Numbered from the stretch's first letter, positions 1-12,935 are shown. The stretch is DNA of 64,000 nucleotides from Waddliaceae bacterium (GCA_963724325.1 CAVRUH010000005.1:128001-192000), one strand, 5' to 3'. Numbers and translations: made by a program. The notes: a model not told the origin generated them from the letters alone.

Positions 1-338
1 CCATCGAAGTAAATAAAGAAAACTTCATAAACGAAATCGCTCCCTGCCGAACCTTCTCACGATACGAAGAAATAACCTATCTCATGGACAGAGGCCTCAT
101 CAAAGGCGGCAGCCTCGACAACGCAGTGATCATCAAAGACAACGTAGTCTTCAGCAAAGAAGGTCTTTTCTTCCCCAATGAAATGGTCAGACATAAAATA
201 CTAGACCTCATCGGTGACCTCTCTCTCGTTGGCTTCGACTTCCTCGCACACATCATTTCAATCCGCTCAGGCCACCGCTCAAATGTCCTCTTTGCCGAAA
301 AAATCCTAAATGCCATAACGATGGAGAAATCCCTATGA
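1..338 (+). CDS. lpxC: UDP-3-O-acyl-GlcNAc deacetylase, 3' part (runs off window start)
   Basis: Frame from base 3: EIAPCRTF...GGSLDNA...EMVRHKILDLIGDL...SGH, LpxC C-terminal motifs; precedes fabZ-lpxA. Confidence 0.96.
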   Translation, partial: IEVNKENFINEIAPCRTFSRYEEITYLMDRGLIKGGSLDNAVIIKDNVVFSKEGLFFPNEMVRHKILDLIGDLSLVGFDFLAHIISIRSGHRSNVLFAEKILNAITMEKSL

Positions 339-787
339 CCGAAAAGAAACAACTTTTCATAAAAGATATTATGAAAATTCTTCCCCACCGCTATCCCTTC
401 CTTCTCATCGACCGAGTCATCGATCTAGATCTAGAAAAAGGAAATATCCTCGCACAAAAAAATCTGACAATTAACGAAGAATTTTTCCAAGGTCACTTCC
501 CCGGAGCTCCCATCATGCCAGGTGTGCTAATCCTAGAAGCCCTAGCACAAGCCGGCGCAGTCCTAGTATACCTCAATGGCCAAAGCGACCAAATAGCCGT
601 TCTCATGAGCGTAAAAAATGCCAAATTCCGCGCGCCCGCAAAGCCAGGAGATATCCTCTATCTCAAATGCGAAGGTCTCCACCTGAGTAGCAAAGGAGGA
701 CGCATCAAAGCCACTGCCACCGTCAATGATAAAATCGCCGTCGAAGCCGAAATTGGTTTCGCACTTGTCGATAAAAGCCAAATTTAG
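335..787 (+). CDS. fabZ: 3-hydroxyacyl-ACP dehydratase
   Basis: LPHRYPFLLIDRV and FFQGHFPGAPIMPGVLILEALAQ motifs. Confidence 0.98.
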   Translation: MTEKKQLFIKDIMKILPHRYPFLLIDRVIDLDLEKGNILAQKNLTINEEFFQGHFPGAPIMPGVLILEALAQAGAVLVYLNGQSDQIAVLMSVKNAKFRAPAKPGDILYLKCEGLHLSSKGGRIKATATVNDKIAVEAEIGFALVDKSQI

Positions 788-820
788 GATAATAACATTT
801 AACATAAGAGAATTTTGCGC

Positions 821-1642
821 ATGTCCCAGTCTAATATACATCCTATGGCACTCGTTGAGCCAGGAGCCATCATCGGCAATAACGTAACCATCGAAGCCTT
901 TGCCGTGGTCAAATCCAATGTCCGCCTCGACGACAACGTAACAATCAAATCCCACGCCTATATCGACGGCTGCACCACCATCGGCGAAGGTACCACCATC
1001 TATCCAAGCGCCAGCATAGGCACCAAAACCCAAGACCTCAAATTCATCGGAGAAAAAACCTACGTAAAAATCGGAAAAAAATGCGAAATCCGTGAATTCG
1101 TCACCATTAATTCATCCTGCGGCGAAGGAACATCGGTAGAAATAGGGGACCAATGCCTCATCATGGCCTACTGCCACATAGCACATAACTGCATCGTCGG
1201 AAACCGAGTAGTCATGGTCAATAACGCCAGCCTCGCCGGCCACGTCATCGTCGAAGACTGCGCCATCATCGGCGGACTCACAGGTATTCACCAATTCGTA
1301 AGAATCGGCGCCCACGCAATGGTAGGCGGTATGAGTCGTGTGACTAAAGACATCCCCCCATACACCATCGGAGCAGGTATTCCATTCAAATTCGGCGGCA
1401 TCAACCGGATAGGCCTCAGCCGTCGCGGATTCACTTTGGCAACCAGAATGGAACTCAATAAAGCTTTTAAACTCGTATTCCGCTCAAAACTTACTTTGGA
1501 AGAAGCCATTCAACAAATTGAAACTACCCTCGACCCCATTCCTGAAATTCAACACTGGATCAAATTCTGCAAAGAATCAAAAAGGGGATTAATGGGCCTC
1601 GAAGGCGTCACCCAGGGCTCTGAAGAAGAAATCACTGTATAA
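821..1642 (+). CDS. lpxA: UDP-GlcNAc O-acyltransferase
   Basis: Hexapeptide repeats, [23 protein letters not shown]. Confidence 0.98.
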   Translation: MSQSNIHPMALVEPGAIIGNNVTIEAFAVVKSNVRLDDNVTIKSHAYIDGCTTIGEGTTIYPSASIGTKTQDLKFIGEKTYVKIGKKCEIREFVTINSSCGEGTSVEIGDQCLIMAYCHIAHNCIVGNRVVMVNNASLAGHVIVEDCAIIGGLTGIHQFVRIGAHAMVGGMSRVTKDIPPYTIGAGIPFKFGGINRIGLSRRGFTLATRMELNKAFKLVFRSKLTLEEAIQQIETTLDPIPEIQHWIKFCKESKRGLMGLEGVTQGSEEEITV

Positions 1643-1643
1643 T

Positions 1644-2579
1644 ATGATAAAAGTTGTCTACTTCGGCACACCCGAATTCTCCGCCTCAGTACTGAAATAT
1701 CTTCTCGATAGCGGCATAAGCATCTGCGCCGTCATCTCCAAACCCGATAAACCCAAAGGACGCTCTGGAGATCCAGTTCCAACACCCGTCAAAATCATTG
1801 CCCAAAATTCCATACCTGTTTATCAACCCGACATTGTGTCAAATATAGAATTTACACCAATCATCCAAGCTCTCGAACCAGATCTATTCGTCGTAGTTGC
1901 CTATGGAGAAATCATCAAACAACATCTGCTCGATATCCCAAAATTAGGTTCAATAAACCTGCACACAAGTCTTCTGCCAAAATATCGAGGCGCTGCACCC
2001 ATTCAACGTGCTATCATCAATGGCGAAACAGAATCTGGTATTTCCATCATCCACATGGTCAAAAAAATGGACGCAGGCAATGTCATCAAAATGATAAAAG
2101 TGCCTATCCAAGAAAATGAGACCTTTGGTGATCTCGAAAAAAACCTACTCGAAGTAGGTTCCAAAGGAATTCTTGATGTCATCCTTCAATTCGAAAAAGG
2201 AACTGTTACCGACACTCCCCAAAATCCCAATGAAGTTACCTTCGCTCCAAAAATTGAACTCGAAGACTGCCAAATCGATTGGAAACTTCCAGCTCAAACA
2301 ATTCATAACCTCGTTAGAGGAGTCAACCCCTACCCAGGCGCCTGGTGCAATGTTATCTCCAATAACCAAACAAAACGTCTCAAAATCCACATCACACGAG
2401 TCCAAAAAGGAATAGAAAATACCCCAGGAAAAATTATCTCCTGTGATAACTCAGGAATGCTAGTTGCCTGCGGACAAAATGCTATCAATGTCCTCGAACT
2501 CCAACTCGAAGGCAAAAAACGGATGACCCCAATAGAGCTCTTCCGCGGCGGCCGCTTCCTCTTCATAGAAAAAATTTAA
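1644..2579 (+). CDS. fmt: Methionyl-tRNA formyltransferase
   Basis: YFGTPEF, VVAYG, NLHTSLLPKYRGAAPIQRA. Confidence 0.98.
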   Translation: MIKVVYFGTPEFSASVLKYLLDSGISICAVISKPDKPKGRSGDPVPTPVKIIAQNSIPVYQPDIVSNIEFTPIIQALEPDLFVVVAYGEIIKQHLLDIPKLGSINLHTSLLPKYRGAAPIQRAIINGETESGISIIHMVKKMDAGNVIKMIKVPIQENETFGDLEKNLLEVGSKGILDVILQFEKGTVTDTPQNPNEVTFAPKIELEDCQIDWKLPAQTIHNLVRGVNPYPGAWCNVISNNQTKRLKIHITRVQKGIENTPGKIISCDNSGMLVACGQNAINVLELQLEGKKRMTPIELFRGGRFLFIEKI

Positions 2580-2641
2580 TGTACTCAAATTTCGAAAATG
2601 TGATATATCCATTCCAAGTTTGACTTTTTTTAAAAAAGTGA

Positions 2642-4863
<2,222 letters not shown>

Positions 4864-4883
4864 TAAAGTAACCTGAAAATTCG

Positions 4884-4930
4884 CCTGATTGCTGTTTAGC
4901 CAACTCGGTTAACAGCAATCAGGTTTTTCT
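4884..4930 (+). terminator. Intrinsic terminator after collagen gene
   Basis: cctgattgctgtt / aacagcaatcagg 13-bp inverted repeat followed by tttttcttt. Confidence 0.85.
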
Positions 4931-4982
4931 TTCCCACTAAAAAATAAAAAAATCAGCTCATATCTACTCATCATCAATAAAT

Positions 4983-5080
4983 ATCGTCCATCCCGTCCCT
5001 ATCGTCCATTTCCGTCCATAACCTCATGTCCATACTGCCCATCCCGTCCATCCCCTTCATCCCATCCATACCCCATCCCC
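4983..5080. repeat. Degenerate ~9-bp tandem repeat (core cgtccat), C-rich on + strand
   Basis: atcgtccat cccgtccct atcgtccat ttccgtccat ... cccgtccat ccccttcat cccatccat. Confidence 0.8.
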
Positions 5081-5167
5081 TTAATTTTGTTGTAATAAAT
5101 TACCCCTATTCCATAGAATTAGCATTTATCTTAAAAATTCCTAACGAACAAATTTAAATAATAAAAA

Positions 5168-5758
5168 ATGAATGTAACAGAACTCATACGAACTTTTATC
5201 ACCTATATACCCAAGGCATATCCTCTTGTTCAGGGTGTGTTCTTTGCCGGATATGGAGCCAAAGAACTCGTTGCCGATGGAGTTATTGCCAACTATAAAA
5301 TTGCCCCTCTAAGCCCAACTGCTGCACCCACAACAAAAGCCGCTCACAAAATTCGATCCTTCATGGCAAAATTCAATTTTCTTCATGGACCTCTTTATAT
5401 GGCTTCCGCAGCCGCTTCCATCGTTTCTGAATTGCATACACTTAACCTCATAAATGTAGGTCCCATCGCCCCCATCCTAAATCCCATAAGCAATATACTA
5501 TTTATCGGTGCCTGCGCCCTCGCCATTGGTCAACAAATATACCTTCTAACTACTGCAAAATCTCTTCCCCCTGAAAAAGCTAAACCTCTTCGCGTCTCTT
5601 GTACCTTAGGAATCATTGGAAACGTTGGATATATTGCTGCCGTAGGCGCCATCTTTCTTGCAGCTCCCATAGCCCTCAGCATCATTTTAGGCGCCATCGC
5701 CCTTGCCATCGGCATCATCAAATTCTTCTACGACTACTACAAACTTAATTTGGAATAG
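5168..5758 (+). CDS. Inc-like hydrophobic membrane protein
   Basis: 196 aa; long C-terminal bilobed hydrophobic stretch; no Sec signal. Confidence 0.6.
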   Translation: MNVTELIRTFITYIPKAYPLVQGVFFAGYGAKELVADGVIANYKIAPLSPTAAPTTKAAHKIRSFMAKFNFLHGPLYMASAAASIVSELHTLNLINVGPIAPILNPISNILFIGACALAIGQQIYLLTTAKSLPPEKAKPLRVSCTLGIIGNVGYIAAVGAIFLAAPIALSIILGAIALAIGIIKFFYDYYKLNLE

Positions 5759-5966
5759 AAGGATAGTTGCAAAACTCAGGTTTTACCACTTTTTGGCGCT
5801 TTTACCAGTTTTTGCTCTTTGACACAAATAACCTTTACACACTACTCTATATAATTTTTCTTTAATATTTACAGGTGCAAAAATTTCTGGTATCTTCTTG
5901 GGTTTTGTTGGATGTAACAATCCAAACAAGTTCAAGAAAAACCAAATAAATGGGAGAATAATTAAC

Positions 5967-6887
5967 ATGAAAATCGGAGAAAAAATCGATTACGCATTAA
6001 CAGGTGTTGGAAAACTGGCTAAAAGTATAACCGCCGGTACTCTAGATGTTGCTGATAAAACAGCAAAATTCGCAGTTGCTATATTTAACGTCATCTCGAC
6101 ATTCCTCCAACACTTTGCAGCCAATGCAGTCAAAGCAATCGCATTCATCACAAACTCGGAAAAATTGCCATTTAAACAATTTATCGACTTTGTCGACCTA
6201 ATTGCACCTATTGGAGCTCTTAGACATGTCTTAGACGCTGATGAACGTAAAAAATTGGCTGGAAAACCCCTCAAAATTGCCCACACAGTTGCCATAGCCG
6301 CAGGCCAAATCGTCGGCTCTGTTAATATACTCAACAAATACGAAGCTATCAACCTCGGCGCAATCGCCTCTACAACAGTTGGCAACATGCCTGTTCTCGG
6401 CTTTGTAAAGAACACCCTATTCACTGTTGGCACAGGTTTCAACATTGCCGAAGGTATCAGAATTCTCGCTAAAGAATGCCCTGCTAAGAAAGTTGAAGTA
6501 ACCAAGAATGTAAATAAAATAAATACTCTAAGTAATGAAGCAATCATAGCAAAAGCCGGTCATAACCCAGATTATGACACGAGCCTTATTGATGACAACA
6601 AACAAGCATTCGTCGATTCAAAAAAAGCCCTCTGGAAAGCAAAAGCTTATAACGCCGGCATCACACAAAGAAAAGCAGTTATAGGCCTTATCGCAGATAT
6701 CGCAAAAATTGCCATTTTAATCCTCTCAACAGTCGCACTGGCATTTGCCCTGACTAACCCCATACTATGGCTCATTATACCAGTCATCGGCCTTGCTTCA
6801 GCTTCAACCGGTTTCTTTAAGTCACTCTACACAGAATACTTCTGCGAAGTAAAACAACTTCCACAAGTTGCATTCAAAACCGCATAA
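5967..6887 (+). CDS. Inc/Cap1(CT529)-position membrane protein
   Basis: ATG 5967 with GGAG upstream; C-terminal hydrophobic hairpin; lies between fmt and rplC, where C. trachomatis carries CT529. Confidence 0.6.
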   Translation: MKIGEKIDYALTGVGKLAKSITAGTLDVADKTAKFAVAIFNVISTFLQHFAANAVKAIAFITNSEKLPFKQFIDFVDLIAPIGALRHVLDADERKKLAGKPLKIAHTVAIAAGQIVGSVNILNKYEAINLGAIASTTVGNMPVLGFVKNTLFTVGTGFNIAEGIRILAKECPAKKVEVTKNVNKINTLSNEAIIAKAGHNPDYDTSLIDDNKQAFVDSKKALWKAKAYNAGITQRKAVIGLIADIAKIAILILSTVALAFALTNPILWLIIPVIGLASASTGFFKSLYTEYFCEVKQLPQVAFKTA

Positions 6888-6890
6888 ATA

Positions 6891-7250
6891 ATGCACGTTC
6901 CCACACAACGACTGCCTATCCACGAATGGATAGCAGTCGTTATAATCATCTCAGTCTTCTTATTCCTTACCATAATCACCATTTCTAACTACGAACCACC
7001 CCTCATCGAAACCAACACAGTCGCAATCTCACAACCCCTAGTCGATGTAACCATCATAGGCGCCGTAAAATTCCCAGGCACCTACCAAATCGAAAAAGGC
7101 TCAACCATCCAAACTCTCTTAGATATGGCCGAACCTCTCCCAAATGCAAACCTCAATTCTCTCAATTTTGACTCAAAAATCACAAAAAAAAGAAAAATCA
7201 CCATAAAAGAAATCCCAATAAGAAAAACAAGAAAATCATCTTCTAGATAA
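6891..7250 (+). CDS. Membrane-anchored SLBB-domain protein (ComEA N-terminal-like, no HhH)
   Basis: TM helix then VTIIGAVKFPGTYQIEKGSTIQTLLDMA. Confidence 0.7.
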   Translation: MHVPTQRLPIHEWIAVVIIISVFLFLTIITISNYEPPLIETNTVAISQPLVDVTIIGAVKFPGTYQIEKGSTIQTLLDMAEPLPNANLNSLNFDSKITKKRKITIKEIPIRKTRKSSSR

Positions 7251-7333
7251 CCCCTGAAACCGATTCAAAACAATAAAATAAAGTTAAAATTATAGGGGAG
7301 TAAGGAAAAATGAGAAAATATTGTGTTTTGTGC

Positions 7334-7363
7334 TTGTGAGAAAATAGGAAGATTTGATATTCT
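7334..7363 (+). promoter_or_regulatory. Candidate sigma66 promoter of r-protein superoperon
   Basis: TTGTGA-N18-TATTCT with TGn extension. Confidence 0.5.
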
Positions 7364-7374
7364 TTCCATTTTCG

Positions 7375-7462
7375 GCATTCAGAAGATTAACTTTTGAATG
7401 CGTCCCTCTCTAAACACTGAAAAGAACACATCTCGTGTGTAACTTATCACATGTTTAAGAGG
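7375..7462 (+). promoter_or_regulatory. Structured 5' leader of rplC (two hairpins)
   Basis: gcattcagaag/cttttgaatgc (7375-7401); long imperfect stem cctct-taaaca...acaca tctcg tgtgt...tgttta-agagg (7405-7462). Confidence 0.6.
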
Positions 7463-7495
7463 AAAGAATGATCAATATTATAAGGATTAGAACAT

Positions 7496-8158
7496 ATGTC
7501 GCAACAACTGATGGGAAAAAAACGTGGAATGTCTAACATCTTCGATGACAAAGGCAATCTTGTCGTTTGTACAGTCATAGAAATCGAACCAAACGTAGTC
7601 ACCCAAATCAAAACTATAGAAACCGACGGATATAACGCTGTTCAAACAGGATTCGACAAAATTAAGGGCAAAAAACCCGAAACTATCGAAAAAAGAACCG
7701 GAAAACCTCAAGCAGGTCACTTCAAAAAAGCCAACGTCGAACCACGACGACACCTCGTTGAATCAAGAGTCGAAAACGTAAACGACTACAACGTCGGTCA
7801 AGAAATATCCGTCGAAATGTTCAAAGACATCAAATTCGTCGACGTCAAAGCCATCTCTATCGGTAAAGGCTACCAAGGTGTAATGAAATTACACAACTTT
7901 AGCGGTCTCGGATCCTCCCATGGCGTGAAAAAAGTACATAGATCCCTAGGATCAACCGGTAACCGATCTACTCCAGGTCGTTGCTTCCCAGGTGGAGAAC
8001 GCGATAGCCACATGGGCAACGAAAAAGTCACCGTCCAAAACCTAAAAGTAATTGAAGTTAATACTAAAGAAAATTACATCATCGTCAAAGGCGCTGTTCC
8101 CGGACCAAAAAATGGCCTCGTAACAATGCAAAAATCCATCAAGCTGGCTGGAGTATAA
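7496..8158 (+). CDS. rplC: 50S ribosomal protein L3
   Basis: GKKRGM, GKGYQGVMK, KGAVPG. Confidence 0.98.
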   Translation: MSQQLMGKKRGMSNIFDDKGNLVVCTVIEIEPNVVTQIKTIETDGYNAVQTGFDKIKGKKPETIEKRTGKPQAGHFKKANVEPRRHLVESRVENVNDYNVGQEISVEMFKDIKFVDVKAISIGKGYQGVMKLHNFSGLGSSHGVKKVHRSLGSTGNRSTPGRCFPGGERDSHMGNEKVTVQNLKVIEVNTKENYIIVKGAVPGPKNGLVTMQKSIKLAGV

Positions 8159-8162
8159 CAAT

Positions 8163-8849
8163 ATGACAACACTCAAAAAATACAACATCGAAGGAAAAGA
8201 AACCGGAACAATTTCCGTAACCGAACCCTTCGAAAATGCAAAAGCCCATTCACAAATGGTAAAAGATTACATCATCGCCCTACGCGAAAACGCAAGACAA
8301 TGGTCTGCCTCAACAAAAACACGTAGCGAAGTAAAACACACCACCAAAAAACCCTGGAACCAAAAAGGTACCGGCCGCGCTCGCCAAGGTTCTTTCGTCT
8401 CCCCACAATTTAAAGGAGGCGGTATCGTGTTCGGACCAAAACCTAAATTCGACCAACACGTCCGCATCAACAAAAAAGAAAGAATCGCAGCTATCAGATA
8501 CCTGCTTGCAAACAAAATTAAAAATAACAAAATCATCATCCTCGAAGACACTAAACTTGAATCTCCTAACACAAAACAACTTGCTTCCTTCCTAAAAACG
8601 ACCGGATGCAATAGAAAAGTCCTCTTCCTCGGAGAAGGTTCCTACGAAAACGTCGAAATCACAGAAAATGTAACCCGCAAGGTCAGCGTTCACTCTGATA
8701 AACACAGCAACATGCGTTTGAGCGTTCGTAATATACCAAAAGTTCAATTTAACCTCGCTACCAACGTCAGCGGTTACGACGTGCTACTCGCTGACCACCT
8801 CGTGGTTACAGAATCAGCGCTAAACGAAATTAAACAGTGGCTCGCATAA
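8163..8849 (+). CDS. rplD: 50S ribosomal protein L4
   Basis: KPWNQKGTGRARQGS...GGGIVFGPKP. Confidence 0.98.
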   Translation: MTTLKKYNIEGKETGTISVTEPFENAKAHSQMVKDYIIALRENARQWSASTKTRSEVKHTTKKPWNQKGTGRARQGSFVSPQFKGGGIVFGPKPKFDQHVRINKKERIAAIRYLLANKIKNNKIIILEDTKLESPNTKQLASFLKTTGCNRKVLFLGEGSYENVEITENVTRKVSVHSDKHSNMRLSVRNIPKVQFNLATNVSGYDVLLADHLVVTESALNEIKQWLA

Positions 8850-8858
8850 GGATAGAAA

Positions 8859-9194
8859 ATGAATAATAAGAACCCATACCAAGTTATAAAGTCCAGGCAC
8901 GTGACAGAAAAAGCTCACATGCTCGAGTCCCTAAAAGACTCAGAAAGCAACGCCTGCTCAAAAAGATGCAAATCACCGAAATATGTCTTTCTCGTAGATA
9001 TCGCTGCAAATAAACAAGAAATTGCCAATGCACTCGAATCCATCTACTCAGAAAAAAATATCAAAGTGAAAAAAGTGAACACAACTACCACCAAACCGAA
9101 AATAAGACGTGTTCGCGGTCGCGTTGGATCAACGACGGCATTCAAAAAAGCAATCGTTACCCTTGATCAAGGTGATAACCTCGATAACACATAA
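8859..9194 (+). CDS. rplW: 50S ribosomal protein L23
   Basis: TEKA, ANKQEI, KVNT, KKAIVTL. Confidence 0.97.
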   Translation: MNNKNPYQVIKSRHVTEKAHMLESLKDSESNACSKRCKSPKYVFLVDIAANKQEIANALESIYSEKNIKVKKVNTTTTKPKIRRVRGRVGSTTAFKKAIVTLDQGDNLDNT

Positions 9195-9209
9195 GAAGGA
9201 ATACACCAC

Positions 9210-10055
9210 ATGCTGAAAACTTATCGACCCATTACACCAAGCACAAGGACCCTAGTCCTCCAAAAACATGAGGAACTCACACGTCCTAACCCAAAATCAC
9301 GTGCTACAGTAAAACCGACTAAATCACTTCTCGCCCCAAAGAAAAGAAAAGGCGGTCGTAATAACAACGGTCACATAACCTGCCGCCATAAAGGTGGAGG
9401 ACACAAAAAACACTATCGTATCATCGACTTCAAACGCAATAAACTCGATATCCCAGCTCGCGTTGCATCCATCGAATACGATCCAAATAGATCATCCTAT
9501 ATCGCCCTCCTCAATTATGCTGATGGCGAAAAAAGATACATCATCGCTCCTCATGGCATCAAAGTTGGCGACTCAGTTCAATCCGGTTCCAATGTACCTT
9601 TCAAAACCGGAAACTGCATGAGACTCAAAGAAATGCCTCTCGGTTCAGTTGTACACAACATCGAAATGAACCCAGAAAAAGGAGCAAAATTCGTTCGCTC
9701 AGCCGGACTTTCAGCACAGCTCATGGCCCGAAGCGGCGGCTACGCAACATTGCGTATGCCCTCCGGCGAAGTCCGCATGGTCAGTGAAAACTGCCGCGCC
9801 ACTTTCGGCGCCGTCTCCAACCCGGAACACAATCTCCGAGTAGAAGGCAAAGCAGGAAGAAAAAGATGGAAAGGTATTAGACCTACCGTTCGTGGTATCG
9901 CGATGAACCCAGTCGACCACCCAATGGGTGGCGGTGAAGGACGCGGAAAAGGAAACATCCCCCAAACACCTTGGGGCGTATATGCAAAAGGTTTCCGCAC
10001 TCGTTCACCTAAAAAATCAAGAAAGTTAATTGTTAAAGACCGAAGGAAGAAATAA
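9210..10055 (+). CDS. rplB: 50S ribosomal protein L2
   Basis: [28 protein letters not shown]. Confidence 0.99.
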   Translation: MLKTYRPITPSTRTLVLQKHEELTRPNPKSRATVKPTKSLLAPKKRKGGRNNNGHITCRHKGGGHKKHYRIIDFKRNKLDIPARVASIEYDPNRSSYIALLNYADGEKRYIIAPHGIKVGDSVQSGSNVPFKTGNCMRLKEMPLGSVVHNIEMNPEKGAKFVRSAGLSAQLMARSGGYATLRMPSGEVRMVSENCRATFGAVSNPEHNLRVEGKAGRKRWKGIRPTVRGIAMNPVDHPMGGGEGRGKGNIPQTPWGVYAKGFRTRSPKKSRKLIVKDRRKK

Positions 10056-10057
10056 TT

Positions 10058-10328
10058 ATGGCTGAAGGTCACTCAAAAAAGGATCCTTTGTCGATCACCA
10101 CCTCTTCAACAAGGTTAAGAAACAAAATGAAGCCGGCAGCAAAAAACCCATCAAGACATGGTCCCGTCGTTCTATGATCACTCCAGATATGGTAGGACAT
10201 ACTTTTGAAGTCCACAACGGTCGTAAATTTTTTCAGTATTCGTGTCCGAAACTATGGTAGGTCACCGACTAGGCGAATTTTCACCAACTCGTGTCTTTAA
10301 AGGACACCCATTGAAAAAAGCAGCATAG
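10058..10328 (+). CDS. rpsS: 30S ribosomal protein S19 (two apparent indels; missed by ORF track)
   Basis: RSLKKG.FVDHH...[23 protein letters not shown]...[13 protein letters not shown] recovered across shifts at ~10064 and T-run 10228-10233. Confidence 0.95.
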
Positions 10329-10339
10329 GGAGCTAATTA

Positions 10340-10678
10340 ATGACACAAGCAAAATCAATATCTAAATACCAGAGAATCAGCCCCCAGAAAGCTCGCTTAG
10401 CCGCGGGACTAATCCGAGGCCTACCTGTTTCAGACGCCTTACACCAATTGAAGTTCTCCAAACTAAAGGGAGGACGTCTTTTGACGAAAACACTAGAAAG
10501 CGCCGTCGCCAACGCCGAAACACAACTTGAAGACGCTCGTCGTGAAAACCTCGTCGTCGCCGAAGTGCGAATCGATGAAGGTCCAAGAATGAAAAGCGCA
10601 CGCGCCAGAAGCCGCGGTGGTCGTCATCCGATTATAAAGAGAACCAGCCATTTAACCGTGGTCGTGAGCAAAGAATAA
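10340..10678 (+). CDS. rplV: 50S ribosomal protein L22
   Basis: RISPQKARL, SAVANAE, KRTSHLTVVV. Confidence 0.98.
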   Translation: MTQAKSISKYQRISPQKARLAAGLIRGLPVSDALHQLKFSKLKGGRLLTKTLESAVANAETQLEDARRENLVVAEVRIDEGPRMKSARARSRGGRHPIIKRTSHLTVVVSKE

Positions 10679-10690
10679 GGAGCAGGATCA

Positions 10691-11338
10691 ATGGGACAAA
10701 AAGTTAATCCGATTGGATTTCGATTAGTACAAAGAAAAAATTGGCGATCCAAATGGTATGCGAACAAAAGCGAATTCGGCGATCTTTTCTTTGAAGATCA
10801 ACTTATTCGAAAATATATCCTTAAAACAAAAGGATTCCAAGGCGTATCGAAAATAAAAATCCGCCGCATGAGCGAAAAAGTTGAAGTGACCATCGTAACA
10901 GCTAGACCCGGTAACGTAATCGGCAAAAAAGGCGCTGAAATCGACGTCCTAAAAGAAGAACTCTTCAAACTCACAGGCAAAGAAGTCTGGGTTGAAGTTG
11001 AAGAAGTCAAACGACCAGACCTCGATGCACAAATCGTTGCCGATGGAATCGCAAAACAACTCGAACGACGTATTCCTTTCCGCCGCGCTATGAAGAAAGC
11101 CATGCAATCAACCATGGATGCAGGCGCCCTCGGTATTAAAGTTCAATGCTCCGGCCGTCTAGGCGGCGCAGAAATCGCACGTACCGAATGGTACAAAGAA
11201 GGAACTGTACCACTACATACCATTCGCGCCGATATCGATTTCGCTATGGGACGCGCTGAAACAACTTACGGTAGCATCGGCGTAAAAGTCTGGATCTACC
11301 GCGGTGAAGAAGAGAATGTGAAAAAGGAGATTGCTTAA
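10691..11338 (+). CDS. rpsC: 30S ribosomal protein S3
   Basis: [24 protein letters not shown]. Confidence 0.99.
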   Translation: MGQKVNPIGFRLVQRKNWRSKWYANKSEFGDLFFEDQLIRKYILKTKGFQGVSKIKIRRMSEKVEVTIVTARPGNVIGKKGAEIDVLKEELFKLTGKEVWVEVEEVKRPDLDAQIVADGIAKQLERRIPFRRAMKKAMQSTMDAGALGIKVQCSGRLGGAEIARTEWYKEGTVPLHTIRADIDFAMGRAETTYGSIGVKVWIYRGEEENVKKEIA

Positions 11339-11340
11339 CC

Positions 11341-11760
11341 ATGACACTAATGCCAAAAAGAACAAAGCACCGCAAACAACAAAAAGGCCAAATGGCTGGC
11401 ATCAGCAAAGGCGCAAATTTTGTACACTTCGGTGACTTCGGCATCCAAGTCCTAGAAAGAGGTTGGATCACCGCACGACAAATAGAAGCATGCCGCGTCG
11501 CTATCAACCGCTTCTTCAGCCGACGTGGTAAAGTCTGGATGCGCATATTCCCAGACAAACCAATTACTAAAAAACCTGCCGAAGTTCGTATGGGTAAAGG
11601 TAAAGGCGCCGTAGATCAATGGGTTGCCGTCGTTAGACCAGGCAGAATCCTCTTCGAAGTAGGCAACGTACCAAGAGAACTAGCGCAAGAAGCTCTAAGA
11701 AGAGCCTCTGCAAAATTAGGACTAAAAACACGATTCGTTGATCGCGTAGAACAAGTATAA
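11341..11760 (+). CDS. rplP: 50S ribosomal protein L16
   Basis: [22 protein letters not shown]. Confidence 0.99.
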   Translation: MTLMPKRTKHRKQQKGQMAGISKGANFVHFGDFGIQVLERGWITARQIEACRVAINRFFSRRGKVWMRIFPDKPITKKPAEVRMGKGKGAVDQWVAVVRPGRILFEVGNVPRELAQEALRRASAKLGLKTRFVDRVEQV

Positions 11761-11769
11761 GGTAAAAAT

Positions 11770-11967
11770 ATGTTAAAAGCAAAAGACCTAAGAGATAAGT
11801 CCGACGAAGAGCTACAAATGGCCCTTGAAGACACTCAAAAAGAGCTATATAAACTTAAAGATGAGAGAAAACTGACAAAAAAATTGGATAAACCACATCT
11901 CTTACGTACTAAACAGAAAGATATTGCCCGAATTCTAACTGTACAAACCGAAAAGAAAAAGGCATAA
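11770..11967 (+). CDS. rpmC: 50S ribosomal protein L29
   Basis: [10 protein letters not shown]...KDIARILT; position. Confidence 0.96.
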   Translation: MLKAKDLRDKSDEELQMALEDTQKELYKLKDERKLTKKLDKPHLLRTKQKDIARILTVQTEKKKA

Positions 11968-11980
11968 AAGGAGACCAATA

Positions 11981-12238
11981 ATGGAAAATACAACTAGAGA
12001 TACACGTAAAACCAAAACAGGTACTGTCGTTTCTAACAAAATGGAAAAAACTGTCGTCGTTAACGTCGAAAGAACACTTCTCCACCCACAATACGGAAAA
12101 GTTATCCGTCGCGGTAAGAAATTCTACGCACACAACGAAAACGAACAACTACAAATCGGCGACAAAGTTGTAATTAGTGAAACAAGACCGCTCTCCAAAA
12201 CAAAAAGATGGCGCGTCGTTTCTAAAATAGAAGCTTAA
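11981..12238 (+). CDS. rpsQ: 30S ribosomal protein S17
   Basis: [25 protein letters not shown]. Confidence 0.98.
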   Translation: MENTTRDTRKTKTGTVVSNKMEKTVVVNVERTLLHPQYGKVIRRGKKFYAHNENEQLQIGDKVVISETRPLSKTKRWRVVSKIEA

Positions 12239-12256
12239 ATATTAAAGGGAACTAAA

Positions 12257-12625
12257 ATGATACAACAAGAATCGGAACTAGAGGTAGCTGACAACAGCGG
12301 TGCCAAACGTATAAAGTGCTTCAAAGTACTCGGCGGCTCAAAACGACGCTACGCAGGCGTAGGCGATATCATAGTCGCTTCCGTGCGCGAAGCTGACCCA
12401 CATGGCGCAGTAAAAAAAGGCGAAGTTGTCAAAGCCGTAGTCGTAAGAACTAGAACCCCCATCAAACGCGCAGACGGCTCTCAACTACGATTCGATACCA
12501 ACGCCGCCGTTCTCATAAATGATAAAAAAGAACCACGCGCATCACGCGTCTTCGGACCCGTAGCCCGTGAAATCCGTGAGAAGAATTTTCTTAAAATTTG
12601 TTCTCTAGCACCAGAGGTAATATAA
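12257..12625 (+). CDS. rplN: 50S ribosomal protein L14
   Basis: [21 protein letters not shown]. Confidence 0.99.
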   Translation: MIQQESELEVADNSGAKRIKCFKVLGGSKRRYAGVGDIIVASVREADPHGAVKKGEVVKAVVVRTRTPIKRADGSQLRFDTNAAVLINDKKEPRASRVFGPVAREIREKNFLKICSLAPEVI

Positions 12626-12894
12626 TGACAACTAAGGAAAAAAAGACTGTAAGACACCAAAGACATATCAAAAAAGGCGATAACGTTTACGTCATTGCCG
12701 GTAACGACCGTGGACTGTCAGGTTCCGTTCTTTCACGAACAAACGATTCCGTCACCATCCAAGGGATAAACGTAAAAAAGAAACACGTAAAGAAAAGCGA
12801 ACAAAATCCCCAAGGCGGTATCATACAGTTCGAAAAGTCAATTCATATCTCTAACGTTGCTCCAAATAAAGAGAATGAATCAACCGGAAAATAA
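12625..12894 (+). CDS. rplX: 50S ribosomal protein L24 (89 aa, short C-terminus)
   Basis: IKKGDNVYVIAGNDRG, IHISNV; TAATG overlap with rplN. Confidence 0.95.
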   Translation: MTTKEKKTVRHQRHIKKGDNVYVIAGNDRGLSGSVLSRTNDSVTIQGINVKKKHVKKSEQNPQGGIIQFEKSIHISNVAPNKENESTGK

Positions 12895-12935
12895 GCTAAA
12901 TAAATAAGGTGAAACACTTAAAAGAGTTAAATGTA

